Shown piece after piece: positions 12,449 to 25,700 of a stretch of DNA of 64,000 nucleotides. Each line of letters opens with the position of its first letter. Position 1 is the first letter of the stretch. Where the stretch lies: NCBI GenBank assembly GCA_964658305.1, contig OZ210885.1, positions 15,872,001 through 15,936,000 of the forward strand, given 5' to 3'. A program made the position numbers and the translations under genes. Source of the stretch: Leptogorgia sarmentosa (lineage: Eukaryota). A model generated the notes under the pieces. It was not told where the DNA came from. It was given only the letters and a program-made list of their open reading frames with translations, and searched no databases.

Positions 12449-13806
12449 ATGCAAGTTGACGTGCAGCAAATGAAGTCGGGCCGATTGCTTTCCTCCACCT
12501 CCAAGTAAAGTACATTTGGAAATAAATTTTCCTTACCTTATTAACCAGTTAGGTACATGAATATAAAATACAACTCATCTATGTTTTTGTCCTGCTTTGT
12601 GCAAAAATTTCGTCTTCCTGATTACATGCACATTATATTCTTGCCTACATAACCAATAGCAATGTTCCAGGTCCTCAACTGTACCATGAACAATTGCTCA
12701 ATTTACATATTACTATTGGCTGACTTGAGAATAATAAAACATGCAAGCGACGAGAAAGTAACAAATTCCTGCATATATTGTACTTATACCAACACAGATT
12801 GTAATGATGTGCTTTCATTGCTTCATCAACTCTACTATATTTTACAAACTATGCATAATGCCAAGTCCACTTTGCATATAAGGAAGGGAAATGAGTCTGA
12901 ATTTACACAATCATACAGAAAAGCAAATTTAATTGAATTCTCAACATTTCACCATCATAACATGGACAAAATAATACAACTTTATAATAAATATGAAACA
13001 ATACATTGCTGTAACTACCATAACAGTTTTTTCATAAATGCAAATAATACAGTTTGTAGCTATCTGTACAGGAGAGCGAGGAGACCGTCTCTGAGCTTAA
13101 CGTTGGCAAGAACCTTGCAACTAACATGCAATGATTATGTTAAAGCTAGTCCAGATTAAACAATTGTAAACCCCCAGGCCATTGTATCCTTTATGATAAA
13201 GTTGAACTCCTCTGCAAGCTCGTTGTATGCCTGGTATGTTGAGGGTAGTTCCAATACAGGGCCACAAGTGTGAGCAATTGGCCTTCTAGAAGCTTCAGTG
13301 AGTTCCAAAAATGTAACGCCTATGCTGGTACAAGTAATAACATCACTACCAGTAACAAAAGCAAAGAACTGGCTTACTCTACCACCATCTAGGGATCTTA
13401 TATATCTCTTTAGATGGTCTAAACAAGCATGTTCAGCTTCAGACAATGGACTAGCACGAAGAAGCTAACAATTTTCCTTGGGGTTGGCTTTTTGGCATCA
13501 TACATCTCCTTCAAACTGTTTACAGATTGAAAGGGACTAAAAGATTTAAGCACAGCTATGATACTTGCAAAACAATCAATGATATACTTAGGTTTTTGCA
13601 ACATTTCTTGATGAGCTAACTCGTTTATGGTTTGTAAAATGTTATCTTTAGTAACATTACGTTTACATTTGTAATTACCCAGCACATCAAGTAAATCATC
13701 ATCATCCATGCTCAAATTACCAGACAAGGCATCTACCAAGGTATCTCTTTCCTCAGAAGACATATACAGTTGAAAGGAATCAAACAGGAAGTCGTTGGAC
13801 ACACTT

Positions 13807-15024
13807 TGTAGGGTATATCTGGCGATAAGGACGAGTTCCATACTGAATCGACAATCGACGTTTTGTGTTTGATTTATATAATTGGTCGACACGTAAAAAC
13901 TACAGATAAGCAAACAACATTTAAATACATATACAACTAAACAGGACTACATATACGAATCACATAAGTATCACTGACATATAAAACATATAGTGATATA
14001 CAGGGTGTATCAAAAAAAGCGCAATCCAAGTTTAAGGCTTTATAACCAAAATAATATAGATTTCCATGTCTTAACTTTTAGTTCATGTTTTAGCCCCATC
14101 GTTTTTCTACTCAATAAGTGGTCGATTGTGACTTTTTAGGCCATTTAGGACTTCAAAATAAGTGATTTACTGCAAGCAGTCAATTTTAGATGCTTCAAAT
14201 TCGACTTTCTTAATTCAGAAGGGGACGTTATCGTTACATGCGAATATTTTGTTTTGAAATATTTTCGCGAAATAATTTTAAAGTCTTAGGCATCATGCTA
14301 CAGCTCACTACAGCAGAAAGAACTTTATTGTTGAAGGTTACTTGGTAACAAAAAGTATTCAGGAAGTGTTAACATTGTTTCGAATAGCTTTCCCGGATCG
14401 ACAAGTCCCAAATTCGACGACCGTTTGGCGTAACGTACGTAAATACCGGCAGATACAGCTTGAAGCAGATGCTTTACATGGAAATCATGAACTAATAAGA
14501 AGAGTTGCACGGGAAATGCAACGTCGAAGTGATTTGTGTGTGCTGAGAAATGCCGGCCACGTCGAATGATTGTAACCAACTAAGTTAAATTTTTAATAAA
14601 ATTCAAGCTATCTCAAATTTTAAATTGTCCAATCACACATACTAAAAATAACATTACTCGTTCATTTCCTACTCAAATTTAACAAACAAGCAGTCTTAAG
14701 AAAGCGGAATGATAGAGCTTTCTAACGGTGGTAAATATAGCCTATTTTCTATTTCTTTTCGTTATGAAAATTGCATTTGAACGTAGGATTGCGTTTTTTT
14801 TGAGACACCCTGTATAACATACCTCTGTCCTCGTATTTTACAATAAACTACAGTACGTTTCCAAGTACGAACGATTTCGAGTATGAACAGATACGATGTC
14901 AATTACAAGATACAAATACGTCCAGGAGCGTTTACTTTTATACTCAATTTGCATACACGTAACACAATACCTTACAACACATACGTCACACTACATTACA
15001 ACACATACGTCACATTACATTACA
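13807..15024. mobile_element. Solo LTR (~400 bp once the nested mariner is removed) inserted in a HECT exon
   Basis: TGTA...TACA termini with 5-bp TSD CACTT (13802-13806, 15025-15029). Removal restores FGDESV-SNDFLF. Confidence 0.85.
14001..14812 (+). mobile_element. Internally deleted Tc1/mariner element
   Basis: TIRs CAGGGTGTATCAAAAAAAGCGCAATCC / GGATTGCGTTTTTTTTGAGACACCCTG with TA on both sides. Remnant transposase at 14295-14569 joins an N-terminal HTH (FPDRQVPNSTTVWRNVRKYR) to the C-terminal CVLRNAGHVE. Confidence 0.9.
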
Positions 15025-15904
15025 CACTTTCATCCCCAAAAAGTGCTGCTGCAATGAATGCTGGTGATAAGTGTATGGGAAAATACTTCTCTCTGACATA
15101 TCCATAAACCAAAACGCGTGCAATGGCTTGCCAATGGGATTTTTGGTAGTCGTGCCTGATACTTGGAACCTTTTCCTGTGTGCCAAGTGTCAGTGAATCA
15201 AAAACATGCTGCCAAAAATTGGTCAGCATTTCCAACACTACACCTCTACCACTGCCGTTTTCAGGATTACCATCATTTCCAATAATGGTGACGTGTTTGA
15301 AGGAATTTAAAATACTTGGATCTTGGAAGATTTCTACTACTACATTTCGTATCAGATTCCTGTGCACAATGATGTTTCTATGTTCCAGAATTTCATCGTC
15401 TAGTTCCAAAAACTTTTCAACTGAAGAATAAAAGGGGATAATATAACAATTGCATGGTAAAAGTAATAAACCTTTTCCAAACAAAAAAAACAAAGAAAGT
15501 AATTAATATGTGGATGTAATATCTGTGAATGTGCAATGTCAGTCTGTTACACATTTTTGGTATACTTTTTGTAAGGCTAACAATATTTTCTGCGATATGA
15601 CTAGTAAACAACAATAGCATGGTGAATACTCCATTGTGTGACAGCACTCTCCCATTGACAAATAAAATTGTGGCAATCCCGTGGCATTTGATGAAAATAT
15701 TAAAGTAGAGCACATCAGGGTGCATTACCTCAAATGAGTAATGAATCAATTAAGACATGACACAGAATTGCATGTACGTGTATGTAACTCAATAAAAAAC
15801 TCACCAGTTTCTGAACTGTCATTGTTAGTTGGTTGTACTTGATATGATATATCAGAATGAGGTGAATAATCTGGCTGAACCGGAGGTAAATTAGTTGACA
15901 GAGT

Positions 15905-16222
15905 GAATCTGAGGTGAATTAGTTGGCTGAAGCTGAGGTGAATTAGTTGGCTGTATCTGAGGTGAATTAGTTGGCTGAATCTGAGGTGAATTAGTTGGCT
16001 GAATCTGAGGTGAATTAGTTGGCTGAATCTGAGGTGAATTAGTTGGCTGAAGCTGAGGTGAATTAGTTGGCTGAAGCTGAGGTGAATTAGTTGGCTGTAT
16101 CTGAGGTGAACTAGTTGGCTGAATCTGAGGTGAATTAGTTGGCTGAATCTGAGGTGAATTAGTTGGCTGAAGCTGAGGTGAATTAGTTGACTGAATCTGA
16201 GGTGAATTAGTTGACTGAATCT
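15905..16222. repeat. 24-bp coding tandem repeat (~13 units) in a HECT gene exon, encoding QPTNSPQ(I/L)
   Basis: Unit GAATCTGAGGTGAATTAGTTGGCT repeated head-to-tail with no spacers; ORF 15891-16274. Confidence 0.95.
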
Positions 16223-16943
16223 CGTATGGATCAACTGGTTGTGCAAAACGTATAATAAGTGGCTGAACATCCATAAAATGAGTTTCATTCTCAATGTGTT
16301 CTTCAAGGGTTTCTTCAGTCTAAATGCAGAACAATGAGTGAAATTAAGATAAAATATCTCCGCCAAATAATAATAACTTCAGTATAGAGTGAATCAAAAG
16401 TTTGGAACACAAACAAATAACACAGGTGTAATAAGTGAGAAAGTGTACATGTGTACGTATGTACACAAATTATTCCAAAAATTCTCCTATTATTTACCAT
16501 TTACATGTATCGACCATCCTTTAAATGATGCAAATATATATACCTCACACAGTAGAAAGGGCATTGATATTTGTGGTGACTTAATGTGGTGACTTAAATT
16601 ATAATAAATATCATTACCATCTTGTTATTTTGTGATGACAAAGGCAGCCTGGTTGAGTCAACAATTTGATCTGCTGGTTGTACATAAACAGGTTTTAATC
16701 CCTTGAATATGCGATGAATCATTACACCATTTTGTCCAGGAGCAAGTGTTGGTGGAAGCAGAGAACTGTGGATAGACATCAGGATTTCAAAATCTGTATG
16801 TGGAGGGATTTTATCCTCAAATGCTTCTTTTATAGCCAATTCCACCTGGCATGCATCCATTAATTTCATGTTAATTTTCAAACTCGTCAACTGAATTTTA
16901 AATCTCAACTACCAAACATTGTATTTCAACTTACAATCTTGCC

Positions 16944-17083
16944 ATACTAAATGCTGCATAAAACATGTCATGTAAAGAGGAACAATTGAACTTTCGAATG
17001 ATGTCAAACTCGATAAAATCCGTTAATGATTTGTCGAGATATGGCGCGCCACATTTGTGTTACCATTTTTTTTATACACCCTG
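16944..17083. mobile_element. Right arm and TIR of the Tc1/mariner-type MITE
   Basis: Ends ...TTTTTTTATACACCCTG|TA (CAGGGTGT terminus plus TA). The inner part is inverted relative to 9722-9787. Confidence 0.75.
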
Positions 17084-17186
17084 TATAGTAAATCTGAGCA
17101 ATCTCAAAGTTCCTGGGCATGATATATTTTTTCGTCATACGATGATAGAAGTGAGAATAATGACGTAATATATAGTAAAATCTGAG
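17084..17186. repeat. Continuation of the ~88-bp minisatellite
   Basis: TATAGTAAATCTGAGCAATCTCAAAGTTCCTGGGCATGATATATTTTTT...AAGTGAGAATAATGACGTAATATATAGTAA matches the 9296-9725 unit. Confidence 0.8.
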
Positions 17187-17302
17187 ATATATCTTTGCAT
17201 CTATGTAAAGGCTATGTGAGCGTAAAATTTCTGGCTCAATCCACTTATACTACCATTGCTAAAATATTTTTCACTGCACTCATTTTTTCAAAAATATAAT
17301 TA

Positions 17303-18490
17303 CAATATGTTCCAATTTATTATGCAAATCAATTTAATTTAAATATTTCGTGAACTACTTATTGTGAACATGTGAAACCTTCACAGGTTGTTAAGTGCAC
17401 ATTGTTCAACATTATACATTGATTTTATATGGATATTTTCATTGATAATGCCACTAGGGCCTTTTATGCAAAAAAGGTGCTTCCTGTCCTGTACCAAATT
17501 ATTATGCAACACATAAATGATGGGTTGAACTCCCACAAAGAAGTAACATTAAGCAGAAATTTTAACAAATCAATAACCACACATTGAGGGGCTTGTACAT
17601 TATTATTGTGTATGTGAAGTGTGAATGAATGGAACATATAAGATTTTTCATAATTACTTATTTACATAACATCCCTTATTTGACAGAATTTCTACAAGTT
17701 GACCATCAACAGATTTTGTGAGTTTTTGTATTTCGCTCGCCGTAATGCTCTTAGATGCTTCACAAATACCACACCATAATTCATCTTTTGAGGCATACTG
17801 TCGACCACCAACGTAAATTTGACGTTTCAAAATACTCCAGTAGTTCTCAATAGGATTAAGATCTGGTGATGCAGGTGGCCATATCATGAACTTGTCCTCT
17901 TTGAAACCATGTTTGGCCAGGAAATCAATGGTATAACGCGCAGCATAGGATGGTCCATTGTCCTGCATGAATGTGATCTTCTTTTTGAATGCTGGAGGGC
18001 GTTGTCTTCGATACCAAGGGAGTAAGTTTTCTTTCAAAAACTGTGTATATGATTGGGCATTCATCTTTAACCCGTCTGGTACCCTGAATGACCCAACAAC
18101 CTCCTTGCCAATCAGTGCAGCCCCAAACATAACACCGCCGCCTTCTTGCTGCCATCTTGCCCTTGTTGGTTTTGTGGTGCCATTAACAAATCAGCCCCTG
18201 CATCATCCATCAGGCCCATCTAATGTCGCTCTACATTCAGTGAAGAGAACGGTCTGGAAATCTACCCTCATATACTGCCTGGCCCATTCAACTTGTTTGG
18301 CCTTGTGTCGGGAATTCAAGGGTGGACAAATAATCGCCTTTACATTTTTTGCAACCGTTTGAAGAATGTGACAGCGGGAGGTTTGGGGCACTTCACCAAC
18401 ACCAGCTTGCTCAAATAGTTGTTTACTTGTTAAGAGAGGATGTTTAACAGCCTCTCGCTTTATGGCAGATACTTGAAGAAAAGTTGGCAT
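17303..18490 (-). mobile_element. Tc1-family transposon, 5'-truncated, frameshifted transposase (17654-18490)
   Basis: VLFTECRATLDGPDG, FMQDNGPSY and WPPASPDLNPIENYW. Terminus TA|CAATATGTTCCAATTTATTATGCAA, with an inner direct repeat CCAAATTATTATGCAA near 17494 (IR/DR type). Confidence 0.9.
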
Positions 18491-18855
18491 GTGATATCAT
18501 AGCCTTGGTCAATTTCTACTTCTCAAGGGAAATTACTGCAGAGCTTAATGACATGTTTAGAAAACCCCTTTGTGGTAATGCACAGGATATTCTAAAATCT
18601 TTAGGTAAGGAAGAAAGGAAGCAGCTTATGTCGGTAATTGAAAATTTTGATGTTAGCGTTGGTGAACAAACTATTTCAAAGCTCAAAATTGAAATTTCTG
18701 ATTTAAAATCTAACCTATGCGAGAAGGAAGTAAAAATTCAATCCCTCGAGTCGGAACTAGCGTCATTTCGAGGGAACCATAAAGCAAACCTTGAAGAGAT
18801 TAGGGGAAAATAATCGTCGGACAAACTGAGAATATTATTAAACTTGAGCAAAAAT

Positions 18856-21800
18856 GGGAAACGACAAAACGCGGACCTCTGGTCCACGGATTACCCCTGC
18901 GGACGCAGTCCGTGGACTATCGCGCGCGTGTCACGAGCTGACATGAGCAGTTTTACTTTGCGAAGTCCGAACACTGGTCCGAACTCAAGTCGAATTTCGG
19001 AGATGTTAAACACGCGCTTCATGTAAATATGGCCGTGGAATTGAAAGTCGAAGGTACAGTTAAAATCCTTTTTCATCTCGAACGTTAAACTTAGTGCATA
19101 AAGTTTTACGTTGCATTTAACGTTTCTTTGCTCTTCTCATTTTAGAGAACGATATATTATATCAAAAGAAAATCGAGTAAGTACAATAAATATAATATTT
19201 AAACAGTGTCTCTTTAATGTGGCCGGACAACCCGTATCTGACTCAAAATCATGGTGAATATTGCTTTCTAATATACTATTTATAAACGGGAAAGGTCTGG
19301 TACAAGTTGTTTAAATGGTATATCTTTTTAAGGCAGTTATTTCTGGCATTTTTACTGCATTTTTTCTGAGAAAGAAAACGCACTGTCCGAGCATTGGTAC
19401 CGTCCGAAGGGCGGAGACTGGGCAACATACTGTATTTAATACTATTAGTTCTTATACCAGTTCTACTGTTAAAAGTTACACATGTATAAGTTAGTGCCAA
19501 CCGTGTCGGTACAGCATTGAACAAAATACTATGTCTATGCCTATAACCATGAATTCAGATTTCCTTATAATTTGAACCGTTAAGAATAACTTAAGATGGC
19601 CATACGACATGACCAGCCCTTTTTAAAAGAATGTGACTTGTAAAAAGTTCAAGCTGCATTGGGGAATTTGCTGTCTGACAGTGACAGTGTACTTTCTGAA
19701 TATCCTGTTGAATATGTTGCTGCTCTGTACTGGCATTGCCAGTCTGGAAAAGGGTCAGTGAAGGCAAATGCCAGTGGCCCAGTGGCATGGTTCCTTAAAC
19801 ATACTTTATGTTTTGCCAGCATTAAAAATTTCAACTGACACCCAGGAGTAGTGCTTCTTTTAATCCAACACAGATTTTGGGATCTGGAACCTCCTCTGAC
19901 ATTTAATAGCCCTGAGGATGACATTTTTAGAGGTCAAAAATTGCAGCTGTAGTATATTGTAATGAACTGAATAAACTAGCAAAATTAACATAGTATTCCT
20001 TTGAGTTGGATCAACATAGTTTTTGTGGTGTACAGTGCTGTAATAATTTTTGCTGGCTGAGATTTTTCCCAATATATTTGTACTGCATATTGTGCCTATT
20101 GCTTGCATATTGCCATATTTTAATAATTATCCAACTTTCTATCGATGTAAATTAATTTTAACACTATTTTGTTGTTTCTAATAGGTGCCCGACCATTACT
20201 ATTAGTGACAGCGAAAATGAGTCTGAGGTATGTACATGTAAATAAGTTTCAATGATAATTAATTATTATCATACTTTCCTCTGACACTCCTACCGGTATT
20301 AAGATAGGTATGTCAAAAGAAAGGTTTGACGTCTAACAGGAAAGGGAGAGGTCATGGTAATGTTGGCATGTTGCACAACAGGCTGTTCAGCACTATCGTC
20401 ACAGTTTCGTTTCTATATTAATTGTTCGAATCTTTTCTGTTTTTCCTAAATTGCAGGATGATAGATGCTTGGAAACAGATGAATCCCCATTGAAACAAGC
20501 AGCAGAATTTGAAGTTTATGAGAAAAATCAACATTGCCGCTTCCTAAAATCTTTACAGAGCACAGAGAATTCTTTCCTAGTGCCCCTTCTGATGAACTGC
20601 AAACAAGAAAATCCAGAAATAATCAGTACATCAGTTCCTTATGGGGTGCAGCAGAATGCATGCCTTGTTATTGATTTGGACTCCCTGGAGGCAAGGGAGG
20701 ATATTCTGAGTGATGACAATGGAGCATGGAGACAAAACGGGTGCAGAACTAAATTCTTTGCAACAAGCAAAAATAAGGATGGAAAAGTAATGTCACTTAC
20801 AAGAGTTGGCAAAGAAGAAAGAGGGGATATCGTTGTCAGAAGGCGCTACTACACATGTGTCTCATGCCCATCATACCATAAGATAATTGTAACAGTAGAG
20901 TTTGGAAGAGACATTGTCCAGTGGTACCCTATTGCATTCATGCAATATAGGTATGATGGTAAAGAAGTTAAGTTTTCAGTTAAAGCACATGGTAACCGTA
21001 ATGAGGGTGATGAAAAGCCTTATATTCGTACAAAGTGCAGCACTAAGGTCAAGTCACTTCACCACCTGCAAAACAATGGTCCAAAAAGAGCACTTTTTAA
21101 AACAATGAAAGATGTTGGTAAATGTGAAAGTCAAGGTTCACTACCACGAAATTCACGACAGATGCATTATCTTAAGAAAGATGCCAATGTTGAGCTGTCA
21201 GTCCAGTCAAGAGACCCTCTGGCCTCCGTTATAGAATTGCAGAAGTCTTTTCTCAGTGGCTTTGTTCGTGAAATTACGTGCAATGATCTTCCAACTGTGA
21301 TGCTGTTTACAGATCAGCAAATTGATAATATAGTGCGATTCTGCTGTTTAAAAAAGAAAGGCTATGTTTCAGAGCTTGGTGTAGACTTGACATTTCAGCT
21401 TGGGCCTTTCTACTTGCTTGTCACAACTTTCAAAAACACAATTTTGCAAGTAAAGGGAAGTGGACACAGTCCCGCTTTTCTAGGGCCAATGATGATCTGT
21501 ATGACAAAAGATCAACAGACATATCTATCGTTTGTCCATCGTTTGGTGAGAGAGGTCCCAGGTCTATCCAAATTCCTACATGCCTATGGAACGGACAGTG
21601 AAGACGCACTGACAAGTGCCCTGGCAACTGGATTTCCCTCATCTGCACATCTTTGTTATATTCACTGCAAGAAAAATGTCCAGGAGAAATGTAAGCAAAT
21701 TGGCCTGTCTCAGACACTGTGTAGTCAAATCTGCACCGACATATTTGGACGGAATGGCTTGCTGTGGTGTTCGTCAGGTGAATCGTTTGAGGCACACATG

Positions 21801-24619
21801 GATGAACTTGTGAACAAGTGGAATGCACTTGAATCCAATGAAAGAAAGTGTAATCCACAGTTTGCATTATATTTCCTACGCTACAAGAAGCTAGATATGA
21901 AGAACAAGATGTGCAGGTATGATGTGTTGAAAAATTTAAATTATACCTGTAGACTAGTAAATACAGTAGAATACTGTTTACTAGTCTAGTAAACTAGTCT
22001 AGTAATTCATATTGCGTAGGACCATCTGAAGTGGATACAGTGTATGTACATGTTCGCTGTGCGCTTTATTTTTTCTTTTGCACATAGATTTGTTGTGAAG
22101 AACCTTGGTTTGGGCGATGCACCGTATACCCAGAATGTTGTAGAGAGAGTAAATGACCTTATCAAGGACTGGGTGAACTTTACAGCTCAATACATGGATA
22201 AGCTTATCCTGGCTCTGTACGAGTTACTTGGAAGTTTTGACGAGGAAGAAGAGCTTGCTTGGTTTGGATTGTCAGAGAAGTGGGAAGTAAGAAATGACTA
22301 CCAAGATGTTCGACCGGGCAGCTTTAACGACATGTCACCTGATGAAAGACAACGTGAAATTGCCAAAATGAGGAAGATACGTCCTGACGTTACCGCATAT
22401 AACAAGTGCAAGTCTTTCAAATTTACTAGTCCTGAAACCTCAGAACAGGTGAGATATTTAAGTTCGGTTTTAACTTCGCTTCTGTTTAGTTGCATTGTAC
22501 AGCATTTGTCTTACTGTTTCGTGTTTTATTCAAAATATTCAACAGGCTGGCCTTCCCGAGCAATCCACCAATTCGTCCGTAATTCCAAGGCACATACTCC
22601 AGCCTCTAAACAGATGGTTCAGCCAAGAAGAACTTGTGGCAATGAAAGCCAAGGCAGAAGGTATTCTTCAAGGAAAAAAGCTAAGAGAAGGATTTCAAGA
22701 TGGAGTTTATTTCGTTGACAGTGGAGAATGTATGCCTCACAAGGTAATCTCTTTCAAGAGCGGGAAAACCACATGTGGATGTTCGTATTATTCTAGGAAT
22801 GGTATCTGCGCACATTCCGTGGGGGTTGCTAAACACAGAGAACGACTGGACGGTTTGTTGAAACACTTCCCTGGGCGTAATCTCAACAACGTTGCAACAA
22901 CTTCAGCCTCAAAGAACGTCGGTTCGAAAAAGCCAGTGCGTCCACCAAGAAAACGACGCCTTGAACAACCCGAACAATCCACCTCGGAAATGGGTTCATC
23001 CATGACTACAAAGCCTACCGAAGCTAGACAATCGGCAAACTATTCTGTGAGTAACTTAACGCCCACTAATTTAGTCATTTCGAAAAGTCAGAGGCCTGCA
23101 GATCCCGTCACGTCATTGCCATTAGTTGTAAGAAGGATTGGTGGTGGAATACGAAAATGTTCGGGTTGCGGAAAGCATATTGCGCAGAAGATCCTGGGTT
23201 TCGAAAGTGAAGAAGATTCCTTATATTGTCTCGGTAGACACGAGGCTTACTACTACTGGAATCAAAATGATGGCTGTTACAAAATGTCGTCAGGTGTCAG
23301 GCATTATCACATGAATGATGTTTGTACGAAGTCTTTTGCTAATTCTACGTCGACAATTTCAGCAGGGAATGTTCAGTTGACGAATGATTTAAAGTGCCTG
23401 TTGATTGATAGGTTTAACATGTTTATCGCAGACTAATGACTTGTTTTGTGCATGTTGTGTATGACATATGCAATTAATTAGCTACCCGGTTGATTTTTCG
23501 TTCTATGGCAATTAGTTTTACATCATTAACATTCCATTGCATAAACCGTGACTTTTCACTACCTGCAATAACGAATATGTTATTCTGCTATGCGAATGTT
23601 CAGGGCTGAATAATAAATCGTCGGATTTCGACCCAATGTCATCCAACATGTGTATAATTTAATTCGTTTTTGAGATCTACAACACTACCCATAACGTTTC
23701 TCGTCCTTGAACGTGCCTGTCAAAACTTTGATGAACATACGACTTATTGGCAGACTTGATACTGGCGTAATTTAGCCCTGAACTTTTGCAAGCAAAATAT
23801 GAAATGCTGGACTTGTATATATGTATTTAGAGCCTCTTGTGTTTTTGTTATTCAGCCATTAAATTTGATGTTTTTTTATGTGTGACACTCTATTGCTTCT
23901 TATATGCTAAACAAGGAAGGGATGTGTATACTCACTGTGGTATACCGCACACTGTATCATTATATGACCATGTTTCATCAACATATTAATTAACCAAATT
24001 TTATGTGATGTGTGTTTAAAATGTTTCACACTAGAGATAGTTGAACGGTAGTTTTATTTCATACTGAGGGCCATGCATGAAAAATAGGTAAGGGTGGTGC
24101 CGCCCATATACAGTCTGTTGTCGGTAACAATTGTTGACCAGGTAAACAACAAACAAAATCGTTGGAGCGACCCTTATGAATACAATTCTTATACAGCGCA
24201 TGTGTGGGTCCAGGTTTATAGGCATGGTATAGCTTATAACATAATCCGAAATTGAACAAATTACCGAATCAATGTGCCTGATTTTGTCACATGATGCTGG
24301 GCCCAAAGTTCAAGGTGCCGTCAAGTTCGTTCGGTTAGAGGAGTCCTCTCCATTGAGATATAATATTATTGATAAGGTACATCGCAATGGTGACGTTAGA
24401 TGAAAGCCTGGCAAATTCCATGGTGGTTTAATCGCTGCAAATCCTGCAAAAAACTGTTTATAAATCGATTACACGTTGGATTACTGACTTTTGGATGGTT
24501 TCGATTTGGTAACCTGACAAGCTAGTGATCCCAAAATAAATTTCAGCAGTCCGGAGGTAGTCCGTGGACGTAGTCCGCAGGTAGTCCGTGGACCGGAGGT
24601 CCGCGTTTTGTCGTTTCCC
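18856..24619 (+). mobile_element. Complete Mutator-like (MULE) DNA transposon, 5764 bp
   Basis: TIRs GGGAAACGACAAAACGCGGACCTC.GGTCCACGGA at both ends; perfect 9-bp TSD AGCAAAAAT (18847-18855, 24620-24628). Confidence 0.95.
20185..23436 (+). CDS. Spliced MULE transposase with SWIM zinc finger (first exon(s) not resolved)
   Basis: Exons 20185-20227, 20457-21916, 22088-22448 and 22546-23436 have phase-compatible GT-AG junctions. Motifs GVDLTF (D), GTDSEDAL (D), CYIH, TQNVVERVN (E) and SWIM CGC..GICAH. Confidence 0.85.
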
Positions 24620-25261
24620 AGCAAAAATTTGATAAAATATGCAAAGATTTAGAGCGTATTAAAAAACAACAAGGTCAACATGTCCAACTGATTGACCTGG
24701 ATTGTCCACAAGGGAGTTTAGATGTTTCGGATCCTTGGACAGTTAAGTCACCAGAGGTTTATGAGTTAAAAGATTCAACGGATAATGATGTAATCTGCAT
24801 GGAATTCATACAAAAGAATCCGGAAAATAGCAAGCCTGACACCTCAGCAACAGTTAGCTTGCCTGCTTCTGAACAACAACAAAAGAATGACTCAAGCATA
24901 TCATATGCAAATGTACTCAAAAAGATTTAAATACCTCTGAATTAAATAACCAATTACAACAAACAAATTGTACTGATACGCAGGCAAAGTGCAAAGCGAT
25001 TAATTGTGATAATACTAATTCTGAAGAAGGCCGAAAGAGCTCAAATATTGAGGAAGAAACAACCGATTTTGTAGGTGTACAGAGACAAAAAATAAAACGT
25101 ATTTACCTGGGTGGTGTACGCGAAGGCACAAATGCAAATGTAATTAGGCAGTATATGCAGGAAAAAGGGATATCTCCAACTTTCGTTAGACTTTTCAACA
25201 GCAAAAGAAAAGGCACTGTTGCAGTGCGAATCAATGTGAAGAATGATGATTTCGGTCATGT

Positions 25262-25527
25262 TGTCGAGAATGTTGCCTCCAAACTGTAGTCCTCGACTAA
25301 GTCACTCACTTCGGTTTGAATTGTATTTATTATTTACTATAAAAACTCACTAGCGCACGGGCTATTATTTCACGTTCACACTCAAACGGTCGTTTTGACA
25401 CACAAACTCACACTCTACTCACTAGCCTACAATCGACTCTATCTATAGTGAGCCAAATCGAGGCTCACACGTCACAGATGGTTACATAATAATCATAATA
25501 ATCCTAACTAGCCCCCAGTCTCCGACA
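25262..25527 (-). repeat. 3' LTR of the BEL element
   Basis: TGTCGAGAATGTTGCC...CAGTCTCCGACA; direct repeat of 30955-31220. Confidence 0.97.
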
Positions 25528-25700
25528 CACTCCCCCATATAGCTCGAGCTCGAGCTATATGTCCAGTTGAGACTGGCTATGTGTTCGTTAGTTCAAAGTT
25601 CTGGGCGAAACAAAACAAACAAATTTAAAGTAAACTAAGATAGCTATAGTTTGTGTTGATTCATGCAATAACTTAGCTATTTTCAGTTCTTCATCAACCG

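Larger units (their letters stand above)
13156..16900 (-). pseudogene. HECT (G2E3-like) E3 ubiquitin ligase gene with introns (unit 2), 5' end missing
   Basis: Exons ~16900-16618, ~16318-15805, ~15420-15025 and 13806-13156. Motifs ENGSGRGVVLEMLTNFW, FAFVTGSD and RPIAHTCGPVLELP (catalytic Cys), ending WGFTIV*. Frameshift near 13440. Confidence 0.85.

Noticed and set aside
12662..13159. 165-aa ORF between integrase and HECT
   Set aside because: AT-rich with no motif; it is antisense to the presumed HECT 3' UTR.
15905..16222. 24-bp array as a CRISPR array
   Set aside because: Units are contiguous with no spacers, lie in a spliced exon, and no cas genes are present.
21952..22004. Hairpin and CTAGT repeats in a MULE intron
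   Set aside because: Short and low-complexity; no evidence of function.
25528..25700. env-like gene in the BEL element
   Set aside because: Only ~170 bp lie between the pol stop and the LTR.
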